Positions 1-13,201 are shown, counted from the first letter of the stretch. The stretch is DNA of 64,000 nucleotides from Syncephalis fuscata S228 (GCA_025786725.1 JAHLTZ010000009.1:620001-684000); one strand, 5' to 3'. Notes: generated by a model from the sequence alone, not told the origin. Numbers and translations: made by a program.

Positions 1-360
1 GAAACAAAAACGTTCAGGTGACGTGATGTCAAACAACCTTCATTCGTTTCCTCTTCAAATCATAAATGAAATTGGACTAAAACTGGCCCATTCGATGACG
101 ATTATTACCAGAAATGCAGTTCATGTATATTGTGCATTTAATGCTATATTCTTTTATTTCATTATTCTATTGATGCAAGGGAGAGTATATTTAATTTAGT
201 AAAATAATATAGATTCAAATGAATAATGTGTGTGTGTATGTTTAAAAGAATTGAATTGAAATCCATAAAGATATAACTACCAGAAAAAGAAAATTTATTT
301 ATAAAATACATTATAGTATAATATATATATATAATGGAAATAATATGAATAGATAGAAAA

Positions 361-470
361 TATATGCATACTGGATAATGAATCTACAATGATGAGTAGT
401 TTGATGACTGATGTTACCCAGTTTCATGTTCAATTACGCGAATGCTATCCAATTTAGTCATTTATCCTCC
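361..470. repeat. Diverged copy of the dispersed AT-rich repeat core also found at 50.7, 51.6, 54.5 and 55.0 kb
   Basis: tatatgcatactggataatgaatctacaatgatgagta...ccagtttcatgttcaat...tagtcattt aligns by eye with 51615-51745 (tatatgcatattggataataaatctatgatgatgagta...ctagtttcatgttcaat...tagtcattt) and with 55040-55150. Confidence 0.7.
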
Positions 471-1470
471 AAATAATAATCAATGGCCAATAATTTTTTA
501 ATTAACAAAAATAACTTTAATGATATCATTTGCTGGTAACACCATTGGTGTTTATCTATAAATGCATGTGCAGTGCATTCGAATGAATGTGCGTGTGATA
601 GATTCATTCCTAAGACTCGGTGTCATTATCGTATACATTGGGTGTGCATAGAGATACAAGTTTGCACTCGCACGATATACAAGTTTATTGTATATGACAT
701 AAATTTTAATATAATACGCTACTAATGGGGCGATATTATCCAAAGTGAAACGGCCTGACCGCAGCTATGTTTAGTCATTTACTGCGTACAGTAGCTAGTA
801 ATTAGCTGCAGTCCTCATTAATATTCCGTAAATACAATATAATATTTGTATCGATGATATATCTGTAAGCCAAGATTTCAAGCCATCTCTTTTACATTCT
901 ACCCCGTGTCTCAAACATATAAATACACATTTCTTCTATATGCTAATTATGCATATGACACTTGTACTATCACATTGTTACATCTTTTTGACCCTAAATC
1001 ATTATGCAATGTAATTACTATGAAGCCCAAGAAGATTGATATGTCATATATTACATAGCGATCAGCTATTACACTTACCTTTGACTTGATTAATACTAGT
1101 AGATCTATAGTGCTAAATTATTTCAAGCATCCTGTAATTTCAGCATACCATACTCTAAAACTGGCCATTTACCAGGCCTTTATTCATATGGATACAAAAT
1201 AAGTTATTTGCTGTCATGCGGCTGGCAACAGGATAACAAACACACTGCTATCCCGTTTAGTATCATTGTTGCCCCAGTTGCAGTTTCTGACACGCACAAC
1301 AGGATTATTATCGTTGATCATTAGCTTGTTCATAGTATAATTGGTGCATGGTAGCCATGCCGTGCGCTCTTGATTTGCATCTACTTCTTGAACTCTTCCA
1401 TCAGTCTTTTTGTTTAACACACATCCGCGCATTATTTTACATTTTATTGCTGTTATCTAAAGTTTTTATA

Positions 1471-2462
1471 ATGCCAATCATTAATTATAATGACCCAAGA
1501 TACACAGAATGGATGAATAGCAACATACAAGCACTGGGGGCTCGTATTCATTTGCTTGGTGAAGTGTACATGCTTGATTTCTTTATGGATGCCACTGGCG
1601 ACATTCCAAACAACGCCTTCGAGTATCTGGTGTACAAACCCAAATTATAACGCACATGGTAGTGTTATGTATATTTGCACGCAACTTTATTGTGGCCGGC
1701 AAAATGGTCATATCACGGTCTCGTAGCATTGCATCGTGGTGCTGTTTAGTTCCATCTGTCTCGGGCATTATGTCGGTTTTATTGGCTATACTTATGTATT
1801 TGAATTTAGGCATTAATTGTCGGGCTATGGTATGGTTTTTCATATTCAATGTGTCATTGACAATGCTTGGTAATAGTTCAGTACTTTACAAAAAGTTTAT
1901 TTGATACTCTGTCGAAAAAAATGGATATTATACATTGGTATTCCGGCTATGATGGCACAGCTTGCATTTGTTTTCATTACCATTTATGACAGCTTTATTG
2001 TTTTGGAAGAAGGACTCGGCTGCATGACCTACTATCCTGAATTCATACTATGGTATTGGTTTAGCGTCAACGTGCCAATCAACGTAATATTTTCGACTAT
2101 ATTTTGCCGCGCTGCCTTAAAGCAATATCGTATATTTGGGGCAAAATCATGGAAGAAATTAGCAAGCGATGGAATACAAGCAATGTCTCTGGCTACATTA
2201 TGCAATATTATCGGTCCTATTATTACAATTGTATCCAAGGGTAAAATCAACAGTGACTTGTTTTTTATTGTAGACTGGTAAGCAATGTTACCTAATTGTT
2301 TACATATAGCTTATATAGATATATAGCGTTGTTGTTACAACAATATTAATCAATCATTGCAAAAATACCACTAGGAATATCAATTCTGCCCGCCATCCAA
2401 AAACCAGCCACATGCTCAATATATCTCAAATTGTCACCGCAGTATCTTTAGATCGCCAATAA
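1471..2462 (+). CDS. Orphan 7TM (GPCR-like) family, copy A; two apparent -1 frameshifts
   Basis: ATG at 1471 (MPIINYNDPRY); colinear with copy C at 7651. One base missing at ~1608 (ccaaac) and ~1885 (cttt). GT-AG intron 2278-2326. Exon 2 gives ...DCVVVTTILINHC...HPKTSHMLNISQIVTAVSLDRQ*. Confidence 0.8.
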
Positions 2463-2631
2463 TTTTACGTATTGTTATTTGTATTACTAATAAATTGGAA
2501 ATTTGAATAATTATACTATTATGGTTAATCAGCCATTTGATTAGCATAATTATAATACCTTTTTTACTAAAATTGTTACGCGTCACACTAAATAATTTAG
2601 CAAATTAATTGTAAATAATTAGAGTAAGTAG

Positions 2632-3094
2632 TTTAAATATCGCTTATTAGATAAATTTAAAAAGCGAATGTATAATCCTTTACATTACAAAAAGAAATTG
2701 ATGATTGGCTGTCTCATGCCTAAATTCAATTGGAATTTTATCACTATTTCTTGCTTTGTATATGAAAACATAATGTATGTTTGTAACAAAATGTCTATTA
2801 TAGCCATCAATTACAGCTCTACTCTGTTGGTTGTTATTAAATCATTACCGTTACATATGATTTCTATCACTGCCAGTAAAGCTTCATTGATCTTTACTGC
2901 TTATTGCGGTTCTTTTATTTCTTATTGCTATTTCTATTGTTCTATCTCTTTCTAGTTGTTCTATTCGGTAGTGCATCATACAATAACCTCAAATGTAATA
3001 ATATAAATACACGCATGTTTTAACAATTAATAAAAATTGTTACGCAATTCTAAGACTTTGTTTTTATTTTACACTAGCACGTGTTTTAGTAATG
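2632..3094. repeat. Block X, duplicated in inverted orientation at 29283-29747; diverged partial third copy at ~31930-32075
   Basis: Near-identical reverse-complement match by eye; ORF-track entries 2668..2955(+) and 29424..29681(-) translate almost identically. Confidence 0.85.
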
Positions 3095-3529
3095 CAACGG
3101 CCTTGCTGCATCTTTCGGTTACAACTTTCGCAAATAAAAAGTACTTCAAATATTAACCATATATTTTGGCTACTAGGTATAACTATTCATGTCGAGCTTA
3201 GACATATGTGAAAATCTAAATACAAATTGCATTTGTTGCCAGCTAAGAATTTAGGCGAACTGTTCCAGTTTTTGGTTTAGAATCATTAAAATAAAACGAA
3301 ACATGGTCTGGACAGACTTGCCGCAGCTGTGCACTTGTACTGCTGTTAAATACAAAAGCTTACCAAAAATATAATATACTTTTTTATAGATTGTTTGTCA
3401 ACATTAATGTTGTAATGTTACTGTAGAGCATTATTATTTTTGGTTTCAGCGGTTTATCAACACCAATATTATTTAACTTGTGAATGCTGTCAGATTTGAA
3501 TGGCGTGTAGTGCTGCAGCTAAGGCCGTG

Positions 3530-5033
3530 TAGATACTTGACTAAACATGCATGTGCCCATATCGCCTATCATGCATAAGGTGGTAAAACTGATAGTGATC
3601 TTTACTCGAATATTCCATTGCAAAGTATTCAAATTTATGCTCCCGCATTTTATTACCTAGCCATTTAACTCTATTATTTTTGTTATATACAAAATCAAAA
3701 TGCCGTTTATTAATTATAGCGATCTAAAGCAAACCGAGTGGAAACATGATGCTACAAAGCAATGGGGTATTCCGCTTAATCCACTTGGTGAAATGAGTGT
3801 ACTTGATTTCTTGATGCAAGTCACAGGACATATCAATGAACAACGCATTCGTTTAATGGGCATACAAATTCAAATTGTATTTGCTGTTACAATGATATAT
3901 GTTTTTTCACAAAATATTTATATAGCTGCCAAAATGGCTATGTCGAGACCGCATAGAATGCTTTCATGGTGCTGTTCAATACTTGCTGTTTCTGGTGCTA
4001 TATATAACATAATGTTTATATGTATGCTGACGGGCCATGGCCTTAATTGTAGAATGCTGATATGGTCGGCCGGTGTTTTTAATTCGATAGCAATGGTTTG
4101 CAATAGCCTGATTCTTCTTTTAAAAGTCAATTTGGTTCTTTATTATAAAAAGTGAATTACTTACATCGGTATTCTTCTTGTATTGCCACAGCTAAGCTAT
4201 AGTGGTATTGCGATATACTACAGCTTTGCTTCTTTCAATACCAAATTCGGCTGCGAGGTCTATTATCCACCTATTTTACTTTGGTACTGGCTTGGCGTAA
4301 ATACACCAATCAACATGTTCTTTTCAGCCATTTTCTGTCGTATTGCTTTTAAGCAATACCGTCTATTTGGGTCTGACGCATGGAAACGGCTAGCACGAGA
4401 TGGAATACAGGCGATGTGTCTAGCTATATTAGCCAATCTTGTTTGCTGTGCTGTTATAATTACTAGTTTCGGCAATACTAATCTTGATATACTTTTTCCT
4501 GTTGATTGGTAAGCATCGATAATTAATTATACACATATAACTAAGCTATTTGTAGGATGCTTGTTGCAACTATATTGATTAGACATTGTCAGAGGATGGG
4601 AAACAACGATAATTCTGCATATCGTCCTAAAACAAGTCATATGATTAATTTATCGCAAATCGTCACAGCAAAATAAATAAGTTGATGCATTGGCATGGCA
4701 CATCTATATAGCTTTCTATAATGCAGCTTTTATAATAAGTAATATATCAAAGCAGCCTGATATTACTTTATTAAGTATTGCAACTGCCTATTCATTTATA
4801 GAGCATTTATACAATATACCACACTTTAATATTAATATTGTGATATTGCTATAGCACAGTATTACTCCTAATGTTAAAATTCGATCAATTATTACTTTAT
4901 TTAGCTTCCAATTACTGCCAGATTTGAATGATGTGCGGCCCTGCAGCAGGGATCGGCATATGGTCATTTGAGCGCGTCATGCGCCCACACGGGTTGTTAT
5001 GTATGAAGCACAAAACTTGTAATGGCTTTTGCT
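3530..5033. repeat. Block Y (contains 7TM copy B), duplicated in inverted orientation at ~29810-31315
   Basis: Near-identical reverse-complement match over promoter, CDS, intron and 3' flank. Confidence 0.9.
3700..4676 (+). pseudogene. 7TM family copy B with in-frame TGA (Trp->stop) at 4153-4155
   Basis: Frame continues unchanged after the TGA, and the inverted twin has TGG at this codon (YHKKWITY). Intron 4509-4555; exon 2 gives WMLVATILIRHC...SQIVTAK*. Confidence 0.75.
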
Positions 5034-5499
5034 GATGTCGTAACGATTATTCACGTTTATATTTCTATGTTTCTACTGCTCAAACAGCCTTTTACCTACT
5101 ATATTGTACATGAACCCAACATCTATTCTTATATAAAAATGTTAACAGCTTGCTTATATTGTCACAGCTAGTCTATGATTTTATTATGTAATATTGCAGC
5201 TTTTTATTTTAAAAGTAATTTGCTTGTCCAGTATTTAAATTTATATACACTAACGCTATTTCTGTAATACAAAAGTGTTTGTAAAAAAGGTTTTATTGAT
5301 TTAGCTAATAAAAATAGGATATATACTAATATCTTAATAAGAATTAAATGATTAAACAGCACATTACAGGCCTAAGATTACGCGCTATAGAATAAAACGT
5401 GCAACGTCAGTGTAACAGAATTGTAGAACACACAATATACCAGTTGAAAAAACCGCAAAGGTTTGCCCACCTTTAGCTATTCTGCTTCACTTTTCTATA

Positions 5500-7086
5500 A
5501 TGGCTTCTAGTACCACTAAGCAATACGCAACAAGCAGGCTACTAGCTGTAGTTTACCAACTTCCGCCCACCAAACTTACACAGCTTATTCTACATGTTGG
5601 CTTTACTGCAACGATACAACTAAGCCTGAGCTGTCGCACGTTAAAAGAGAAAATACAAGGCGATGTTATATTGTGGCAGTGCCTTTACCAAGATCGGTTT
5701 TTAAATGGACTGCGCCGAGTTAAAGAATGGGATTTTGTGTATTGGTGTGCCAGAGACCAATTTTTAGCCGATAACATGCCGATAGAGTCAACTGCATTGC
5801 TAGAAAAGCTTGATTGGTATGATGTATATCGTCGACGAATCACCACTGAGCAGAACTGGCGTAGTGGCCACTCAAAACGCATTGTATTTTCATATCCTTG
5901 TGGGTGGAAATATAAAAGAATTTCTCTTAAGCAGCTATCTGCGAATGCTGTGCTGCTTTCCAATTTGTACAAAGGCAACGACGATGAGTCAGGCCATAAC
6001 AGTATAGTAGAAAATAACGATGATTTAAGCAATAATGCCATGCCAAAAAAAGTCAAAAGTAGGTTTCAAGTAAATATTCTAGGAACCACGCCAATACCTT
6101 TGGTTATAAACCAGAATGATATTAAAGATACAGCAGAATCAGAAATGATACCAACTATAAAATCCATAGACTTTTATGATAAGCTTCGTGACGGAAGCTA
6201 TGGATTGACTGATCGATTTGCAATTGTGATCAGCACAGAACTAGATGCAAAGCTCATGAGAGTTTACACTCGCAATGACTTTAAGCTACGATACACGTCA
6301 GAGCTACCATCTGATTTTGTTCTTGAAGCAGTCAACGGACAATGGGCTGTATTCTCGCGTAAAGACTGGGTAAAACGTAAAACCCTTCAAGTAATTGCAT
6401 ATGATTTGGAGAAAAACAAGCAGTACGTTAACGAATTTAAAAAGACTATGAGTGCAATTTGCATTTATGAAGCAACTCGTAGCTATGTGACTATATACGC
6501 TATGTTTAATGATGATTATAATTGCAAGCTTCAGTGGAGCTTGCATCGAGTTTCACAAGATGGATTAATGCAAAAATTACAACAAGGAGAATATGAGATT
6601 GGATATAGATCTAACCGTGTCTTTACCACAACATCAGAGTTTTCACATATAAAAGTTAGCACCAATCCCCAAGGATATGACATTTTCCCCCATCTACACA
6701 CACTTTCATTAACAAAAAAAGACGAGATTGAACTAGATGAAATGCACGGAATACCACTATCAGTTGAAGAAAAGGAAATGAGAGGTGTTATTTACTCTGA
6801 ATTGTTAAAGAAGAAGGACTCTGACCACGAAGTATTGGTTTTTAATAATGGCTTTGATTGGTCATCGGTAGTCAAGTATCAGCATATTATTGGAAATCTT
6901 TTCTTTGTTTTTCAGAAAAATAACGAGAATTTGGATCAGTTACTTGTGGATATGAGCTGTGGAAAAGTTATACGAAAAATTGATGCTGTTAATATAAAGC
7001 ATATATTTTATATTTTAATGACAGGCATCATAATTATTGACGAAAATAGTTTGACGATAGAAACAGTTAACTATGGAGCTATTTAG
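5500..7086 (+). CDS. F-box-like protein with divergent beta-rich C-terminus, 528 aa, intronless
   Basis: N-terminal LP..L..L..L..L.LSCR.L.....D..LW..LY...F pattern, followed by LDWYDVYRRRITTEQNWRSG, which resembles the post-F-box helix (W...Y..R...E.NW..G) of F-box/WD40 proteins. Confidence 0.65.
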   Translation: MASSTTKQYATSRLLAVVYQLPPTKLTQLILHVGFTATIQLSLSCRTLKEKIQGDVILWQCLYQDRFLNGLRRVKEWDFVYWCARDQFLADNMPIESTALLEKLDWYDVYRRRITTEQNWRSGHSKRIVFSYPCGWKYKRISLKQLSANAVLLSNLYKGNDDESGHNSIVENNDDLSNNAMPKKVKSRFQVNILGTTPIPLVINQNDIKDTAESEMIPTIKSIDFYDKLRDGSYGLTDRFAIVISTELDAKLMRVYTRNDFKLRYTSELPSDFVLEAVNGQWAVFSRKDWVKRKTLQVIAYDLEKNKQYVNEFKKTMSAICIYEATRSYVTIYAMFNDDYNCKLQWSLHRVSQDGLMQKLQQGEYEIGYRSNRVFTTTSEFSHIKVSTNPQGYDIFPHLHTLSLTKKDEIELDEMHGIPLSVEEKEMRGVIYSELLKKKDSDHEVLVFNNGFDWSSVVKYQHIIGNLFFVFQKNNENLDQLLVDMSCGKVIRKIDAVNIKHIFYILMTGIIIIDENSLTIETVNYGAI

Positions 7087-7650
7087 ACGAAATTTCTGTT
7101 TTATAATATTTCATATAATAAACTATTTATAGGTGCTAAAAAATAAAATACATAAGCAATTTAAATATTATTTACTGGATAAATCTAATGACGTCTATAA
7201 AAACTATACGCTCATATAGTACACAATGATTGATCAAATCCATGGCTGCAATTTAGTTTAGTCAATCATAGTAGGTTTGTATTATTGAATTATTCCAATT
7301 AGTCCGTAATTTTGCTTTAACGTATTTCAAAGCCGCTCACTTATCAACTTCTTTGTTTTTATGCATGCACAATAAACTATGCTTCTATCACATGGCATAC
7401 GGATAGCACACGTACATTGCGTTATCCAATTTAGTACCACTGTCACCCATGTTTGCATTCTCGATATGTATAACAGGTTTAGCATATCGGGCCGTTGAAT
7501 TTCACGTTATAAGCAAAACCTGGTAGCTGTAGATTAGACTTCTAAATTCCATCTGTTTTTCTGTTATTTCATTAATATTGTTTATTTAACATATACCAAC
7601 ATATTTAGTATTTTATACAATATTAGTGATATCTGTACTACGTATCCATA

Positions 7651-8641
7651 ATGCCAATCGTTGATTACGAAGACCCAGCATATGCTGAATGGGCAAATAG
7701 CAGCGTAAAACAGTGGGAAGTTCGCCTTCATCCGCTTGGCGAAACGTATGTATTTGATTTTTTTATGGAAGCCACCGGTGACATTGACAAACAGCGTCTT
7801 CGACTGTTTGGTATACAAGTTCAAATTGTAATGCATGTTATAGTGCTTTATATATTTGCACGCAACCTTGCTATTGCTCGTAAAATGGTCATGCTACTAC
7901 CTCGTAGTCTGATGTCATGGTGCTGTTTAGCTTCCTCAGCCTCAAGTGTCGTGTCCATCACGATGGCTGTATTTATGTTTGTCAATTTTCCTATTAACTG
8001 TCGAATCATGACATGGCTTTTTATATCCAGTATCTCAATTAATATGATGGGCAATAGCTTAATACTCCTTCAAAAGGTTTATCTGGCACTTTGCCAAAAG
8101 AATTGGATAGTCTATATCAGTATCCCAGTAATAGCAGCGCAATTTGCATTCACTTTTATTTTTACGTATAACAGCTATGTTATATTGGAAGAAAAGGTTG
8201 GCTGCATGAATTATTACCCCCAGTTCGTTCTGTGGTACTGGTTCATAGTTAACGTACCAATCAACGTGATATTTTCGGCAATATTTTGCTACATTGCTTT
8301 AAAGCACTATCGTATACTTGGATCAGAAGTATGGAAGCGGTTGGCACGCGATGGGATACAAGCAATGTCTCTGGCTACGTTATGTAACATTATTGGACCT
8401 ATTATTACAATTGTGCCTATAAGCAAAAGCAACACTGATCTATTTTTTCTTATAGATTGGTAAGTGGAAACAGTTGGTTATTTACATGTAATTTATATAT
8501 ATATATAGGATGGTTGTCACAACAATATTAATTAATCATTGCCAGAATGCTAGTAAAAACATTGATACTGCACACAACCCAAAAACCTACCATATGCTTA
8601 ATATATCCCAAATTGCCACCGTAAAATCATTAGACTATTAA
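7651..8641 (+). CDS. 7TM (GPCR-like) family copy C, intact, ~313 aa
   Basis: Uninterrupted exon 1 7651-8459, intron 8460-8508 (GTAAGT...TAG), exon 2 ends TAA 8639-8641. Seven hydrophobic segments; Cys at the top of TM3 (NCRIM) and in ECL2 (VGCMNYYP). Confidence 0.85.
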
Positions 8642-9401
8642 TAAATAGACCTATTATTATTATTATTATTTATGAAAGAATCATAGAGTATTTTCATATC
8701 TACTCGAGCATGGTTGGCATTTACTATAAATCCCCAGGAAAGTAAAACTTTTTACGCAATCAATTGTAATAATTTAGATAGTTGACGAGTTGATTAAATT
8801 AAATTGCGTTTAAATCATTATTCATAACAAATTATAATACTTTAAATAATTTACAGCAACAATAATATGAAATAACATTTATCTATTTATCATATTTTAT
8901 TGTAAGTAACATGGAATACTATTTAATATCTATTTTGATATTAAAAATAGCGCAGATTAATTAAGACTGATTGATTCAATTAAAGCTGATATGACACTGC
9001 TTCAACAAGCCATTTCTTAGTATTAAAAACTAATCGACGATTTATTGTTTGCGTTATTAATTTTTTTTGCCCCCAGTTTAAAGCTAGGGAGTCAAAATAC
9101 AATAGCTTTATATACTAAATGAATACAAATACTTGCTATTTTATGTGTGGGTAATCAACCAATTCTACTTGACTTGAAAAGTGACTTGATTACAATCATC
9201 CTATAGAACTGAGAAACAGAACGCGCATGTGTGTTTTTACACCTATTTAGACGTTGACAAACTATCTTTGTTTTGTCTTATTTTTATTACAATCTTGTGA
9301 GCTGTTTTTGGTGGATGAAACATTATTGGCAGTTTGCTAGCCTGTAGATCTTTTGCAAATCCTATTCTTTGCATTCCACTAAAACAAAGCTATCCGCCAC
9401 T

Positions 9402-12400
9402 ATGGATCACCACGGAGAACAGAGACGAGGACGTAAGTAGCAGCTTATCGCGATATTAAGCCCAGATACCTGGCTATTGTTTGCAACCAAATTGACAATT
9501 ATTTTAACATACTGGTGCAGATGTTGGTCGTAACGCGCATCGTGAAGATCAGCGACGATCTCACCACGCTAAACCTTATGATCGACGCGGCGGTGGCGGT
9601 GGACGTGCAGGTGGAGGTAAACCACATGAATCGCAACAAGAAGAGAGCGCCGAACAGCGTATATCGTCGTTTCTTATAAGAGTCGGTGATAAGGTCGGTA
9701 TCAGTTTGTACAGATGGTATTTAAATTGACAACCTGTACGACATTTAGGTAAATCAAACGTTTAAAGATAGTATGGAAGCATTGGCCAAAATTGTCGATC
9801 GTGAATATCGTCAACACTCGGAATTGATTCTTAAAACAATGCGGGCCTGGTAAATTTGATGATTATAATATGTGGTGTTTATATTGATTATCTACACATT
9901 TGATAGTATTACCGAATTGCCCATGAAATCGGGTATATATGCCACATTTGTTGGTGTTATTAACCGACGATCACCAGATACAGCTGAATTATTTGTACGT
10001 ATGGCGGCCGATGCTTTACAACAAGCATTAAATCGAGCCAATTGGCGTCAAGTGAAAATACTGGTAAATATAACTGTAATATATATATATATATAATTAA
10101 CTTAAATCTACTATACTAGCTTCGTTTTTTTAGTGAATTATTCAATGCTAATGTGATTTCAAATTCGGAATATACAAAGCTTTTGCGTTGTTTTACCACC
10201 GTATTTGAAGAGCCACAACTACGACGTGTAAGTGTAGTATAATATGGGTATAATAATAATAATAATAATAATAATGTTTATAATAATATATAGGATCGTG
10301 CTGATTGTATTGCCTATATACTTATGGATACTTTAGTATATGTACGTTTAACAATTCTATTCTTTCAATTCATACTAATATCTGTTGATTGACAATTACA
10401 GTCAGCATTGGAATTTAAAAAACGCGCATCCACTGAATTAGATGGTGTACTTTCAGTCTTAGAGGTTTATATTCGGGCTCGTCAACAACAACCAGCCCAT
10501 ACCGATATGTTAAAAGTATTCCAAGGACCTGCTGCACCATATCCACAAGAAGAGGTAAAGAATAAACGTATAAGTAATATAATGATTAACTAATAATTTG
10601 ATAGACCATCTTATTGCTATGGCAACAACTAACACAATTACGGGAAGATAATTGGGAACTGCCTATGCTTCCCAAAGTATACACTATAATGGAGGATTTA
10701 TTAGTAAATAACCGCCAGGTAAATAATAATCTATATCAATTATATTCGACACTGTTATTAAAACTATTTAGCACTCTTTACCGGCTATTAAAATACCAGA
10801 TGATAACTTGAATGTAGTATATCCTATATCTAATCTAGTCTTTCGTCTTTTTGCCGATGATCAGGTATATAAACTGAGGTTATAGCAATATTGTTGATAT
10901 GTTAATCATTATACATTTCTAGTCGGCCGCTTTACCTATTTCTATGCCATCTGGTACAGCCATTGCTCGTCACGTATTACGAGACATTATTGTAGATTTG
11001 CTTGAATTATACGAAGTGAATCGAAAGGAATGTCTCAAGTATTTGGTTAGTCTACGAGAATACTTCCAACCGGCCACCTTCTATATTCCTACTCCAGCAA
11101 AGGAAGGAGGTGCTGAAGGAGATGAAGATACAACTATGCCAGAGATTACATCTGACGTAGGTGGATGGCGTTTAGATGCTATTATTATTGAAGTAAGTGT
11201 TTGTAATAAAGAAATAGATTAATACAAATAACATAACAATATATTAACTATTGTATTATTAATTAGATAGTATTGGGTAAATTGTTTGAATTACCAGCAC
11301 CAGAACAAAAACTCGTGTATTACGGTGTTATTTTAATGGAAATGTGTAAGGTTGTTCCGGATACTTTTCCTTTAGTCATATCCTTTTAATGATTATATAT
11401 ATATACCATTATTATTATTACTAAATAGTAATAACAGGTTTAATAGCTTAACTTAATTTATGTACTTTGGACGTGCCATTAGTTTATTATTCGACAGTGT
11501 TGAACAAATGGACGTTGGTTGTATGTATCGATTATGCGACTTTTTCGTACATCATCTAAGTAATTTTGCATTTCATTGGAATTGGTCGGAATGGTAAGTA
11601 GATAGAAGTGTAGATTAACTACAGTATGTATAGCTTATTATGTATTATGTTAATAGGTCATCGGTATTACAGTTGGATAGAACAAATCCTAAGCGTGTAT
11701 TTGTCCGAGAAACACTTAATAAAACAATCCAGTAAGTATTTACAACTATATAATATAATCTAGTCTACTTACACTGGTTTATAGACTATCCTACTACGAT
11801 CGTATTAAGACAAATTTGCCCGAAGAGATGCTTGTTATGATTCCACCAGTAACACCAGGTCCTCGATTCCGGTTTGGTGGACAGGCTGCTGCCAAAGCGA
11901 GTAAGTCAACTTTTGCCCATCATAGTTATGCTAGTTATTACTTTAAGCTAATTATAGATATTAATAGATCCAGAGCAAGTAGCATTAGCCAATGCACTAT
12001 TAGACAAATTGAGAACACGATCTGAACTTAGCGAGGTTCGTGCGCTCTTGAACGAATTTGTAATTGGTAGTGGAGCGGAAGATGGTGGTGAAGATGCTAA
12101 CGGCGCTACTGTGGATGAAGAACGACAACGACTGGCCCGTGAAGTGCTCTTCCAATGTGTACTATTGATGGGCAGTAAAAGCTTTAGTCATATGATGAAC
12201 ATTACAGAACGGTAATTTAGCTTATTAAGCCATGCTGTATACTGATTATAGTACTTTGTAGCTGTCTTCCTTTATTGAAAGAATACTCGGCCGAAAGTGA
12301 ATCTAAACTTCAAGTAATACGCATTGCTGAAGCATTCTGGTTTGAAAACACTCAGGTTGGCTACTATTAATCCATTAGCTATAATGTATATATTAATCAT

Positions 12401-13201
12401 AGTTTTAAATCTTTTAAAACAGTTTTTTGGAATTATTATGGATCGATTCCTTATTTATCGATTAGTAGATCCCATCAGTGTAGTACAATGGCTATTTGAC
12501 GATAAACATATGCCACACTTTGATCGATTCCACTACTGGGTGATAATGCATCGCATGCTATCCAAGGTGGTTAGTAAAGTGCAGGATACACAGAAGAAAT
12601 TGATTCAAGCTCGAGAGGCACACATTACAAATGAATCACGTCGCATGGTAGATGGTAGGTTGTGATGTATGATAAAGTATGTATACAGTATAGGGTAACT
12701 ATTAAACCAATAGTCATGGATGAAGAATTAGAACAACAGCGCATGGAGAAAGAAGCCATTGCTCAGTTGGAATCTACATACGATGCAGTCACTCGTGAAC
12801 AGAAAGAAGTATTTCTTAGTCTATTCCAGGTAAATTGTTTATTAATAGTTGCTAATAAGAATGCTGATTAATAGTTTAATTAATTGTAGAGCTTCTCAAG
12901 AGTTATTACACTTAAGTTGGCTGAATTTGATCAGCAAGGTGTTGACGCCAACACACAGCCATGGTGTTACTGGACTATGGGATGGATGCGTGATTTTGGA
13001 CGCTACGTAAGTGGTTTACGTATTTTAATAGAAATATACTAATTTATCACTTGTATTTAGTACTACAAGCTAGTAGAGCCTTTAGTACCAACACTTTCAA
13101 GCATTGTATTCACCAGTGAAACAGATCCACGTGTCAACCATATATTTGAACAAATATGTCAATTGATAAATGACCGACGAGAACCACTTCAGCTACAATA
13201 A
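9402..13201 (+). CDS. NCBP1: Nuclear cap-binding complex large subunit CBP80 (MIF4G domains), many introns
   Basis: Spliced exons give CITELPMKSGIYATFVGVIN, EMCKVVPDTFPLVFGRAI, HHLSNFAFHWNWSEW, RLSYYDRI and GSKSFSH, all characteristic CBP80 motifs; stop TAA 13199-13201. Confidence 0.92.
11378..11465 (+). other. U12-type (minor spliceosome) AT-AC intron in CBP80, 88 nt
   Basis: 5' end ATATCCTTTT; branch site CTTAAC at 11447-11452; 3' end ...TGTAC. Removal joins TTT CCT TTA GTC|TTT GGA CGT GCC ATT in frame (FPLV|FGRAI). Confidence 0.88.

Noticed and set aside
2668-2955. ORF 2668..2955 and its twin 29424..29681
   Set aside because: Similarity reflects recent DNA duplication; low-complexity translation, and the diverged third copy does not keep the frame
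8458-8463. All 7TM ORFs appear to end in 'W*'
   Set aside because: The TAA is part of the GTAAG donor of a conserved phase-2 intron, and exon 2 completes TM7; it is not a real C-terminus
10818-10830. Other ATATCCT/GTATCCT strings (e.g. ~10819, 5892, 56818, 59975) as further U12 donors
   Set aside because: They lie inside continuous exons or intergenic DNA with no matching branch site, acceptor or frame requirement
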